NCBI GenBank assembly: GCA_902520595.1
Contig: CABYOM010000003.1
Coordinates: 1 to 62,569 of the forward strand
DNA from: an uncultured Candidatus Poseidoniales archaeon
Lineage (GTDB): Archaea; Thermoplasmatota; Poseidoniia; Poseidoniales; Poseidoniaceae
DNA: 62,569 nt
Reading direction: 5' to 3'
The position numbers and the translations under genes were made by a program. This document shows positions 18,206 to 27,311 of the stretch, piece after piece (within the stretch, counting starts at the first letter, position 1; the number at the start of each line of letters is the position of its first letter). The notes below the pieces were generated by a model that was not told where the DNA came from, ran no database searches, and saw only the letters and a program-made list of their open reading frames with translations.

Positions 18206-20205
18206 GATATCTCCTCCTCTAACTCTTTTCGAAGTCGTTCACGATCTTCGATTTCCCAGATGCTTAGTTTATTTTCAATGGAAGGCTCTGATTGTTTTCG
18301 AGAAGCTGACTCACGATTGACCGTTTTAGATTTCGCTGATTTTCCAGCGCCAGGTCGGGCACTTAACGGCGTAAGTTTTGTTTCAGTGTTGACTGGCCTT
18401 CTACTTTTGACCGATTCAATCGAGTCTTTTTGCGTTGAAGACATCCGTCTACCCACATCTTGAATATCTTTGAATTCAATTGAAGAGTTCTTCAGCGATG
18501 AATCGCTCCGAGGTGTATATTGGGCACGTACGCTTTCTATCGCTTGATTTTGACGGTCAGCATAGGATTCAAGTGAATCAGCAAATGTGCTCCGAGGTGC
18601 CGAGCGCATATTCTGAATTTCACTCAACTCTTTGGCGTCAACAGCATGGACCGCTGCGGCTTGAATAGCACGTTGATTACGAGAAGTCTTCCGCAAACTG
18701 GAGTTTTTCTTTCTTCTGCGAATGCGTTGAGCTGGTCGGGGGCCGCTTCTTTTGTTTGCGTCAACTTCAATCTTTGGAGACTTTTTCTCCTTTGTCCCAA
18801 CAGGTTTGGTAACTTGGACAGCAGGCGTATCATCCTCTGCCTCGTTTTGTTTCGTTTCCATCTCCTGCTCTTCTTCTTGAGAATGCATGGGGGCTTGCTG
18901 GACAGTTTCCGTCACACTGAGAACTTCTTGAGTTTCGTTTTTGAGATCAGGTGCAATCTGTTCGGCAGACGGAGGTTGTTCCGGATGACTCCACTCGCGA
19001 GCAACTGTTTCAAGCGTTTCTGTTGCAGCAATGATTGCCTCGGAATCTGGAGAATCCACTCCTCCCTCCATCGTACCAAATACAGTCGTTTGCGAAGAGA
19101 AATTTTCTGAGTTTGAAGCAGATATTGCCTGCTGTAGTTGTTGTTCAATCCATTTCCCTTCTTCTTCACTAGGTGGTGCACAGAGTGGATGGTCAAGAAT
19201 CAAGTCTGGCTCGAGGTTCCAATGCTCAAGAACAGAAGGCTCAAGATTGGACATATAGCGAGACAGGTGTTCTCTTGTCGTGAGAGGGAATGCGTTCAAG
19301 TCACCTGTCGCTAAGAAGAGATGGTCTTCAAGTCGAACACCGTCAACAATATCCCGAAGGAAGTTGACTACCTTATCATCTCCGTGCAGGCTTGCTAAAT
19401 ATTCAACTCCTTCAAGAACAACGACTGCACGAAGGTTTTCCCACAAAAATGCGTCAATTCTACGGCGAATGTTTTCCAATGCAGGGTCTGTTGAACGAAC
19501 ATCACCGTTTTGAGAAAGCCATGAACTTGAAGCGATTGGAATATTATGCTCGACATTGAGCGCTTCAATATCGTGCCGTGCAAGTACGAACAATGGACGT
19601 CCATGAACTGCTAAGTACCCTGCAAGATCAAACATCAGTGCTGGATTTTTTGAATCAAAGAAGTAAGCATCTCCCGGTCGCAACATCTTTTCGAGACCAT
19701 CATGCCGTTGCATGAGTGCTTTACTTCGCAGTCGAACTGCTTCAGGTGCCTCAACAACGACTTCCAGTTCAGGCAATCGTTCTTCTCTTTTCCAGGAACT
19801 CGTTCGGATATTTGTTTTCGACCACCATTGGTGATCTTCCGTATTTGTTTCAGAGGAATCATCCATTTGGAAATGTGCCTCGGGATAGAGGTTGAGGACA
19901 TTTGTCATATCTGGCAAGGACAATTCATGGATGCCGAGTAACGAATCAAGAAGCGCTGCGTCGTTTTCGATATCCAGTAATGCTTCAAGCGACATCGAGA
20001 TGGCGTCGGCTTCGTGTAAGGCGAACATCGGCTTTCCTTCAAGAAACGCAATATGACCGATTCGAGGCATCTGCTCCTTGGGCCTTCGCTCAATTCGGAT
20101 GTATCCGGAGGTCCCCAACCGGGCCATATCCGTAGAAAGTAATCGCAGAGATTCAGGACCGCCTCGACGAACTTCTGTCACATCTCCCTGCGGCAGTTCT
20201 ACCAT
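18202..20205 (-). CDS. DUF835 domain protein with N-terminal DUF2226/PATAN-like domain and long disordered C-terminus
   Basis: N-terminal SGYIRI...GHIAFLEGKP; central SWLS...DP.LENIRRRIDAFL...VVVLEGVEYLASLHGDDKVVNFLRDIVD (DUF835-like); acidic then basic low-complexity tail. Confidence 0.75.
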   Translation of the reverse strand: MVELPQGDVTEVRRGGPESLRLLSTDMARLGTSGYIRIERRPKEQMPRIGHIAFLEGKPMFALHEADAISMSLEALLDIENDAALLDSLLGIHELSLPDMTNVLNLYPEAHFQMDDSSETNTEDHQWWSKTNIRTSSWKREERLPELEVVVEAPEAVRLRSKALMQRHDGLEKMLRPGDAYFFDSKNPALMFDLAGYLAVHGRPLFVLARHDIEALNVEHNIPIASSSWLSQNGDVRSTDPALENIRRRIDAFLWENLRAVVVLEGVEYLASLHGDDKVVNFLRDIVDGVRLEDHLFLATGDLNAFPLTTREHLSRYMSNLEPSVLEHWNLEPDLILDHPLCAPPSEEEGKWIEQQLQQAISASNSENFSSQTTVFGTMEGGVDSPDSEAIIAATETLETVAREWSHPEQPPSAEQIAPDLKNETQEVLSVTETVQQAPMHSQEEEQEMETKQNEAEDDTPAVQVTKPVGTKEKKSPKIEVDANKRSGPRPAQRIRRRKKNSSLRKTSRNQRAIQAAAVHAVDAKELSEIQNMRSAPRSTFADSLESYADRQNQAIESVRAQYTPRSDSSLKNSSIEFKDIQDVGRRMSSTQKDSIESVKSRRPVNTETKLTPLSARPGAGKSAKSKTVNRESASRKQSEPSIENKLSIWEIEDRERLRKELEEEIS

Positions 20206-20211
20206 TTTCTC

Positions 20212-20228
20212 TCACCCCTACGGGGTGA
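20212..20228. promoter_or_regulatory. Perfect 7-bp inverted repeat containing the Shine-Dalgarno of the 20205 gene
   Basis: TCACCCC-TAC-GGGGTGA. On the minus strand GGGGTGA lies 6 nt before the ATG at 20205. Confidence 0.55.
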
Positions 20229-20369
20229 TGCTTACGGGACACTTCTTGAAAGGTGCGGCTCGAATGAACTCATAACGTTGGTTTCGAAGGTTGAGTGCGT
20301 GAGCCGCTAGCCATTTACATTGTCAAGGTTACACCGTGAAGTTCAAAGACGACATGTCTATGGTTCATT

Positions 20370-21020
20370 ATGGCCGAAGAGCGAGGTGAATTGTCTGTCG
20401 AAATGCGACGATTTATTTCACTTGAAATCGCTCGGCCATTCCTGTATCGTTTTTTTACTACACTGTTGATTTTAGAGGCATTTATGGTCGGATTCGTATG
20501 GTTTTTTATCTCCACTGGGAACAGTTTTTCACTCACGATTTTCCCGCTGTTAGTCGGTGTTATTGGCGGAATATTCCTCTATCAAAAATCACCACTTCTA
20601 CGTGTTCCTTTAGCGGTGAATTTGAATCATCCATTCATGGGTGACCTTGAGATGGGGCAAGCCGTTGTTATGGTTCAATTCTCTGATGGTTTATGGGGGG
20701 ATGTGGGTGTTGGCAGGGTGCGACTGACTGTTGATGAGTTGATGGGAGGCACACTCCTCATTCGAGATGACGATACCTATGCGGTCATCGGGCACTTTAG
20801 TCATCTGCCTCAACATCACCCAGCACTCAAACGATACGTGATTTTAATCAATCAAGCCATCGCACTGAGAGATGCAGTTAATGGCGATGAAGATTCAATT
20901 GAATCTGCTCGAGAGAGAGAAAAAATTGATTCAGGTCTTCTCGAGCGTTCATGGCTTGAAGAAGAACAGAATATTGAGATTGAACCCGAGGGCATTTTCA
21001 GTAAATTACGACGAGAATAA
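20370..21020 (+). CDS. Hypothetical membrane protein
   Basis: 216-aa ORF, two N-terminal TM helices, acidic C-terminus. Confidence 0.75.
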   Translation: MAEERGELSVEMRRFISLEIARPFLYRFFTTLLILEAFMVGFVWFFISTGNSFSLTIFPLLVGVIGGIFLYQKSPLLRVPLAVNLNHPFMGDLEMGQAVVMVQFSDGLWGDVGVGRVRLTVDELMGGTLLIRDDDTYAVIGHFSHLPQHHPALKRYVILINQAIALRDAVNGDEDSIESAREREKIDSGLLERSWLEEEQNIEIEPEGIFSKLRRE

Positions 21021-21078
21021 GGGTTTTTAGGCCAAATCCCAAGCCCTTAGATTAAAGACTGCATCTCTACCGGAGAAT

Positions 21079-21690
21079 GTGGAATCTCCTCATCGATGGC
21101 ATGGTCACCTTGACGCACTCGGTTTGAAAGAACGTGAGACACTCTTGGGTGCGTCACTTTCCAGGCGCTTCACGCAATTACCTCTTTGGCTCTCTCACCC
21201 GTCGAATATTGCCGCTTTTTATGGACTCTTGATATCGCTTGCTCTCCTTCTGCCCTACAGATTTGGTAATGAATCTGCCAGCTGGTTCAGCAATTGGATT
21301 TTTCATTCCGCACTCATCATGGTTTCATGCCTGGTTTTAGGAATGCTGTCTTTGATTATTGTAAGTCTCTCAAAGCGTTTTCCAGTAACACCTCCTCGAT
21401 ACATTCTCTATCCAATGCCATTTCTAGGATTTGGATTATTAACGATTTCCCAAACTGAAATTTTGACAATTCCCTCAGGCCTTGTATGGCTTCTTTTGTT
21501 ATTGCCAGGTCCAATGTATGTTCACCTTTCTTGGGCTCCACGCTGGCGATTGCTTTGCCAACTTGAAGATGGAATCAATCCGTTTGAGGCAATGGATATG
21601 CCCCTACTTGAAGAGACGAATGCGATTGAAGAAATTACAGATGGAGACGAAGAATTACTTTCCGTTGTTAACGCACTTGAATCCGAATGA
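21079..21690 (+). CDS. Hypothetical multi-pass membrane protein
   Basis: 203-aa ORF with 4-5 hydrophobic helices and an acidic tail; GTG start. Confidence 0.75.
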   Translation: MESPHRWHGHLDALGLKERETLLGASLSRRFTQLPLWLSHPSNIAAFYGLLISLALLLPYRFGNESASWFSNWIFHSALIMVSCLVLGMLSLIIVSLSKRFPVTPPRYILYPMPFLGFGLLTISQTEILTIPSGLVWLLLLLPGPMYVHLSWAPRWRLLCQLEDGINPFEAMDMPLLEETNAIEEITDGDEELLSVVNALESE

Positions 21691-22872
21691 TTAGATCAAA
21701 TCTAAAGTCGGTCCAACCTTTTCAAATAAGCGTAGAACTTCATCTAAGTCATCTCGATGGAGACCTGCAGACATTTGTGTTCGGATTCGGGCTTTGTCAC
21801 GAGCAACCATAGGGAAGACGATTGCTCCTGCCATTACACCCTCTTCACCGAGTGCTTTGGTCATGGTTTTTGCAACACCTGAATCCCCACACATCACTGG
21901 GATAATTGGTGTGACAGACTCTCCAGTATCAAAACCAAGAGATTGCAATTCCTTCCGGAAATAATTGGTATTCTCCCAAAGTCGTGCATGATGTTCAGGC
22001 TCATCCATCAAAACTTCAATCGCAGCTTTTTGGGCAGCAGCTACACCTGGCGGTTGTGACCCTGAAAGAAGCCATGAACGTGAATGGTTAAGTGCGTGGT
22101 TTCGAGTCATTTCGCTTCCAGCAAGAATCCCACCTTGGACTCCGAGTGCTTTTGAGAAGGACCCGGTTTCGAAATCAACCTTGCCTTGGAGATTGAAGTG
22201 ATCGACAATCCCTGCTCCTTTTTCGCCCAGTACGCCTTCTCCGTGACAATCGTCAACATAGACCATCGCTCCGTATTCTTCAGCTAATTTCGTCACTTCA
22301 TCGAGGGGTGCGATGTCTCCATCCATTGAAAACACACCATCGGTAATAATCAGTTTTCGTCCTGCTCCTTCGTGGGCTTTGAGAACCGCTTCTAATTCAC
22401 CCATGTCATTGTGCGCATAGACGCCACGGCTGGCTTTTGTCAAGCGTACTCCGTCGATGATGGAGCCATGATTGAGTGAATCACTTATGATCACATCTTG
22501 CGCACCGGTTACCAAAGTTGGAATAAGTCCAACGTTCACTGTGTATCCTGCAGAATAAATCAGAGATGCTTCAACTCCCTTGAATTCTGCAACTTTCTTT
22601 TCTGCTTCCAAATGAATATCCATCGTTCCCGCAATTGCACGAACACTTCCACTGCCTGCACCGTATTTCATGGTCGCATCAAGCATGGCTTGCTTGACTT
22701 TTGGATGGGTGGTAAGGTTGAGATAATTATTCGCAGAAAGCATGATTGTTGGCTTTCCATCCATGCGGCAGCGAGGCTGATTCGGACTTTCCAAAGTGGG
22801 TGGTTCCCACAGCAGTGATTTTTCTGAAAGTTCATCAAATCGAGTTTTCATCCATGACATGTCACCTGGCAT
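21691..22872 (-). CDS. kbl: Glycine C-acetyltransferase / 8-amino-7-oxononanoate synthase family (class II aminotransferase)
   Basis: SANNYL, GSGSVRAIAGT, SDSLNHGSIIDG, TDGVFSMDGD, DDCHGEG, GSFSKALG, ARIRTQMSA. Confidence 0.85.
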   Translation of the reverse strand: MPGDMSWMKTRFDELSEKSLLWEPPTLESPNQPRCRMDGKPTIMLSANNYLNLTTHPKVKQAMLDATMKYGAGSGSVRAIAGTMDIHLEAEKKVAEFKGVEASLIYSAGYTVNVGLIPTLVTGAQDVIISDSLNHGSIIDGVRLTKASRGVYAHNDMGELEAVLKAHEGAGRKLIITDGVFSMDGDIAPLDEVTKLAEEYGAMVYVDDCHGEGVLGEKGAGIVDHFNLQGKVDFETGSFSKALGVQGGILAGSEMTRNHALNHSRSWLLSGSQPPGVAAAQKAAIEVLMDEPEHHARLWENTNYFRKELQSLGFDTGESVTPIIPVMCGDSGVAKTMTKALGEEGVMAGAIVFPMVARDKARIRTQMSAGLHRDDLDEVLRLFEKVGPTLDLI

Positions 22873-22989
22873 ATGCTCCCCTCAAACCAACGCAATGCCT
22901 CAACGTTCAAGTTCTTTCGGGCCTGAATGGATGAAACCAACAGACTCCGCGATACATGCAATCAAAAAGGGTACCCTGCTGGGCGTGTC

Positions 22990-23457
22990 ATGCGTCTGAC
23001 GGGAACAGTGAGCAGTGGCTTAGGTCGCGCACACATATTCATGGCCCAACCCCATTATCAAGAACAATTCAAAGCATTGCTTGGTGGTACTGCTTGGCCC
23101 GGCACTCTAAATCTGAAGATTGAGGGTCATGATTTAATCAACTACATCGCATTACGTAAAAAGTCAGGAATTGATACGCTGGACGCATCGGATGAAGACC
23201 GTTCATCAGCGTCCACCATTGATGTCTCCATGCACCAGGCTCATCGCATTCGTGGTTTTCTGAGAGATGGAGTTTCCTTTGGCGGTGCTACTGCCTTTTC
23301 CGCTTTACTTGAGTTAGGAGACACCACCACAGAATGCGCTCTTTTGATTCCAGACCTCACTCGTCATACCGATGTAGTTGAAGTGATTGCTTGCGATTTC
23401 CTACGAGAGAAACTCGCGCTACAAGACGAAGATGTCGTCCACATCCACGTCAGTTGA
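22990..23457 (+). CDS. ribK: CTP-dependent riboflavin kinase (archaeal)
   Basis: GTVSSGLGRA, YQEQF, WPGTLN, FGG, VVEVIA...LREKL. Confidence 0.9.
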   Translation: MRLTGTVSSGLGRAHIFMAQPHYQEQFKALLGGTAWPGTLNLKIEGHDLINYIALRKKSGIDTLDASDEDRSSASTIDVSMHQAHRIRGFLRDGVSFGGATAFSALLELGDTTTECALLIPDLTRHTDVVEVIACDFLREKLALQDEDVVHIHVS

Positions 23458-24370
23458 TTTTTCGATGTTTGACAACTGGCAACTCTCCGAGTTCTGCCCA
23501 CTCTTGATACAAGAGATTTTTCAGCTCATGACGAGCCCCTTGCCGCCATCTTTTCCTCATGGTTCTCTCAACAGCCTGTCCGACAGGAGGAGCAGTAAGG
23601 CCTCCTGTTTCCTTCTGGCTGATTGGCAAAGGCATGAGGTCCCAATCAACCCCCCAAAGTATGAGCCAATCTGGTGGTGCAACCCCAAAATCATATTCAA
23701 TTTCGGGATGATCTATGGCATGTTGCACTTGTTCGGGGGTAATCTCACCTATAGACATACGATGCAATGCCATTGCCGTCCTACGTACCTGATTCCACAA
23801 AAAGGCTTCACCAATTATTTCGAAACCAATCGTTCGCCCATCGATAATCCATGGAGTGCAAGAGAGAATTGTGCGCATAGGATTTTTTCCTTCTTCAAGT
23901 CGCGCAAAATTAGTTGCATTATAGGTTCCTTCAAACATCTTTAACCAACTCGTAAAGTGTTCACCTGGATACTTCCAAAATTCAATCCCCTCCAATCGAT
24001 AACGGTATACTCTGTAATTTGCAATTCTCGGATTCCACTGTTCATCCACTTCCTGAACATCTAGAAAAGCAATATCATTTGGTAATCTGTCATCCAGTGC
24101 ACGGACCATTTTTCTTGGTGTAAGTGCATCCCACAATTCTCGGTTTATGTGGACTGTTCCTCCGTTAAGGCGGACATGAACGCCGGCATCTGTGCGACTG
24201 GACAAAACGAGATTATGTTCATGTGGAGGACTTTCAAGCCATTTGAGGCTTCGAAATACCCTGATCAACTCACCTTGAACAGTTTTGACATCTGGTTGAA
24301 CTTGGCTTCCATGATAGCCATCACCAAGATAGCCAATACGAAATCCGAGACGAACGCTCTGGTCCGTCAT
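23450..24370 (-). CDS. truA: tRNA pseudouridine(38-40) synthase
   Basis: IGYLGDGYHGSQVQP..KTVQG, SRTDAGVH, YRY, FLWNQVRR. Confidence 0.92.
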   Translation of the reverse strand: MTDQSVRLGFRIGYLGDGYHGSQVQPDVKTVQGELIRVFRSLKWLESPPHEHNLVLSSRTDAGVHVRLNGGTVHINRELWDALTPRKMVRALDDRLPNDIAFLDVQEVDEQWNPRIANYRVYRYRLEGIEFWKYPGEHFTSWLKMFEGTYNATNFARLEEGKNPMRTILSCTPWIIDGRTIGFEIIGEAFLWNQVRRTAMALHRMSIGEITPEQVQHAIDHPEIEYDFGVAPPDWLILWGVDWDLMPLPISQKETGGLTAPPVGQAVERTMRKRWRQGARHELKNLLYQEWAELGELPVVKHRKIN

Positions 24371-24379
24371 GGCTTCACC

Positions 24380-24901
24380 TCAATCTTCACGTTGAAGCAT
24401 TTCTACTGCGTCTTCGGGTGAATATCCAAGTCCGCCGACAGACCAGATGAGTGCTTGCTTAAGCCAGGGTTGAACCATTGGATTTTGCTTTGTAGGGTCC
24501 ATTACTTCGATTGCATCGACAATATTTCTGCTGGCAGTGAACAAGACCTCATCGACTGGGATGTCTTCAAGTTCAAGGCGGCGAGCATAACGTTGGAATT
24601 CTTTCACAGCGACCGGGATACGTCGGCATTCAAGAGCAAATGTAGCGAAGTCCCCGATATATTCCATGTTCTCTTCATCCAGTTGCATGGCTTTTTTGTA
24701 AGCCATCATAATCTTTCCACCTGGAATAACGTCATCTTGTGCATCGGCATTTTTCATGTTTGCAAATTCTGCAAACATGTGGTGAACTTCAGCATTGGTC
24801 TTGTGAGAACTCATCAAATCATCAAGTTCAGAAATTGCTCCGTCCAAGTCACCGTTACGTAGTTTTTCTATTGGCCCTTCGAGTACTTTGTCATCGGTCA
24901 T
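24380..24901 (-). CDS. Hypothetical alpha-helical (TPR-like) protein
   Basis: GDLDGAISEL, AYKKAMQLDEEN resemble TPR helices. Confidence 0.65.
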   Translation of the reverse strand: MTDDKVLEGPIEKLRNGDLDGAISELDDLMSSHKTNAEVHHMFAEFANMKNADAQDDVIPGGKIMMAYKKAMQLDEENMEYIGDFATFALECRRIPVAVKEFQRYARRLELEDIPVDEVLFTASRNIVDAIEVMDPTKQNPMVQPWLKQALIWSVGGLGYSPEDAVEMLQRED

Positions 24902-24967
24902 TGTATCGCCTCAATCTTTACGCGGTGGTATTCAGTTTTTCAAACACTCGTTAATGTGTTTTACAAA

Positions 24968-26011
24968 TCAGTCTTCGTCGCTAGAAGCAACAATGGTATC
25001 TTTCAAATCTCGAAGGAGGTTTGATTGACTGTGATCTTTGTGTTTTTCGTTAAGAAGAGCTTTGGCACTTTCCCAGTTTCGAATGTTATACATGCAGTGC
25101 TTGGGGTCTGGACGGACAACACGAATTGTTCGCTGGTAGGTCAGCAGTCCAATCACTGAGCGCAGAATTCCTTTACCTGCTTTTTCTGCCGTCGAATCGC
25201 TTTCTTTCTCTGTTGTGCCTGGTATCGCTCCTGCAATCGCTGAACCGGTGTTTTCCTCAACGATGCCAACACCTGAATCAGTGAGTATGGTTACAGTTGC
25301 AAACCCGAGTAGAGTCCCAACAGGCGAACGCTCGACCATCACTTCAGAGATGCGGTCGAAAAGTATTCTTCGGTGAGAACGAGAGAGTAAGAAACTGTGT
25401 TCAAAGATTACCGCATCTGATGTAACTGCATAATGGAAACTTCGTTGATAATAGAAGGTCAAAGCCATGTAAATGCCAACATAGCCTAGGCCAAAAATGA
25501 CGTAGTTGTAGTTGTCAAGGGGGATGAAATCTCCGATGGGTTCATCCATGAAAAGATCGGTAACCCAAAACAGAATGTCATCCATTTGAATAAGCACCGG
25601 AGTTAGGGTGATGATGAGCAATCCAATGGTGACCCATCGACCGGATGTCGAAACATTGACCAAACGGTTCATCCAGGTGATGAAAAGCATAACAAAGACA
25701 AACCCAAACGGCCACTGCTCACCACCAGTTACATCGATGATGGTTAATGCAATCTTCATGAAACCGCTTGAATCATCTGAAGAGAGTTGGTGAGCATTAT
25801 CGAAGATGAAGTGAACTGCCAGAACCAATATTCCCAGTAAATACATTCCCAAGAACGCAAAAGCACTCGGACGCTTAGTAAGCAGCACCTCTTCACCGCT
25901 GATTAAGCGGAAAGTCTTGGCCAAACGAGCCTGTTCGGCTTCCTTTTTGGCTTCATCAGTTGTTTGGACATCGTTTTTCGCATCGACTGCGGCATCGGAT
26001 TCTTCGCTCAT
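24968..26011 (-). CDS. Membrane protein with bacterial PH (bPH_2)-like domain
   Basis: Several TM helices then YAVTSDAVIFEHSFLL...ILFDRISEVMVERSPVGTLLGFATVTILTDSG. Confidence 0.75.
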   Translation of the reverse strand: MSEESDAAVDAKNDVQTTDEAKKEAEQARLAKTFRLISGEEVLLTKRPSAFAFLGMYLLGILVLAVHFIFDNAHQLSSDDSSGFMKIALTIIDVTGGEQWPFGFVFVMLFITWMNRLVNVSTSGRWVTIGLLIITLTPVLIQMDDILFWVTDLFMDEPIGDFIPLDNYNYVIFGLGYVGIYMALTFYYQRSFHYAVTSDAVIFEHSFLLSRSHRRILFDRISEVMVERSPVGTLLGFATVTILTDSGVGIVEENTGSAIAGAIPGTTEKESDSTAEKAGKGILRSVIGLLTYQRTIRVVRPDPKHCMYNIRNWESAKALLNEKHKDHSQSNLLRDLKDTIVASSDED

Positions 26012-26108
26012 AGCAATCTCTCCTCTTTCTTGACTATCGCTCCACGCACATAATACCTTGCACTCCGCATCATCTTAATGAAATGAGCCAAAATTTGTTC
26101 CAGTCAGA

Positions 26109-27311
26109 TTAATGCAGCAAGCCCCAGGAATGCTCTGCGTTTCCTCTCGCCCATTCATAATCAGTTTCTTTTCTCGTGCCAAATTCATCCTTAATTCTCA
26201 GATATTCCATCCGCAAAGGGTATTCATTGTAGGTCAGGTGAGACTTTATTCCGCCGCGCGTCGGTTGATTAAACGTCCAATGCGCCCGTTCAATGGCTTG
26301 TACTCGTAACTCGATTGTTGTTCTTTCATTCCACATTTTGATTTCAAAAACAGGGAGTGGTGCACCAGGTGTCTGTCCATGTTCGCCTTCGGTTAAATTA
26401 GACGATAGCTTTCGAACTCGGACGCTGGTAAAACGCTCAGAACGGTTATTGATTGGGTCATGAAACAGACCACCTTGTGAAAGTCCTAGATGCCCCGCAT
26501 CTCGTCGTTTCCAAGGTCGATTATCCCTCGCGCTTACTGTAAACGATACATGAGGCAAGAACCAGTCAATGTACGATCCATCATTGAGATGAAGCATCCC
26601 CCAGTACCACGGTACCGAAGGTGCTTGAACACAGACCTTTTGGAAATAAGCCGTGCCTGCCACTTCTTGGTCATCCAACATACCGTGCACACGAGTCCCA
26701 TGCAAGCGGAGGATGTCATATCCCATATTTGCAGCATATGTTGCATTTGCTTGACGTGCGGTGGATAAGGCTGAGTTCCAAGGCGTGAGTTCGAGTTCAA
26801 ACCTTTTCGGTACCATTGGGTGTGAGGCTTTTTCGTCAGTGGTTAGTTGAATCCAAAACGAACTCAAATCACTTTTTAGACCCATTGAAAGGTCCTGTTC
26901 AAGAAGAGGTACGACCGCTCCCCCTCCCTTTCCAGTTTGACCTGATTTTTCTGGCCAGTATGAATGGGTATCTGGCAAAGAAATCATCCGACAAATCTGT
27001 TGAATAACCGGTTCATGCATTTGCTTTCCATCAAACCACCATGCGCAAACCATGCCGTCTAAGGCCATTCCTTTTTCGTCATCAAAACCTGGTCGTCCGG
27101 CGGGCATCCATGGCATGCCGTTCACATCGACCAAAGGATTGTCCTTTGTTGACCACAAGACCATGAGTTGGCGCCCACTTGGACGACCATCCGGGTCGTC
27201 GAGCATGACCAACCACCACCACCAATCCCATGTGAGATGATGAAGTGGAGGGCGGTCTTGAAGCGACCACATTTTGGAAAGGTCTCCAGTAAATGCTTTC
27301 ATTTCAGGCAT
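26109..27311 (-). CDS. Conserved hypothetical protein, possibly AttH/CrtC/tocopherol-cyclase-like beta-barrel
   Basis: Trp-rich TWDWWWW, GTAYFQK, PWYWG, YNEYP, GNAEHSWG. The start overlaps the upstream stop (TAATG). Confidence 0.6.
   Translation of the reverse strand: MPEMKAFTGDLSKMWSLQDRPPLHHLTWDWWWWLVMLDDPDGRPSGRQLMVLWSTKDNPLVDVNGMPWMPAGRPGFDDEKGMALDGMVCAWWFDGKQMHEPVIQQICRMISLPDTHSYWPEKSGQTGKGGGAVVPLLEQDLSMGLKSDLSSFWIQLTTDEKASHPMVPKRFELELTPWNSALSTARQANATYAANMGYDILRLHGTRVHGMLDDQEVAGTAYFQKVCVQAPSVPWYWGMLHLNDGSYIDWFLPHVSFTVSARDNRPWKRRDAGHLGLSQGGLFHDPINNRSERFTSVRVRKLSSNLTEGEHGQTPGAPLPVFEIKMWNERTTIELRVQAIERAHWTFNQPTRGGIKSHLTYNEYPLRMEYLRIKDEFGTRKETDYEWARGNAEHSWGLLH

Noticed and set aside
23387..23944. 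185-aa plus-strand ORF
   Set aside because: Antisense to truA.
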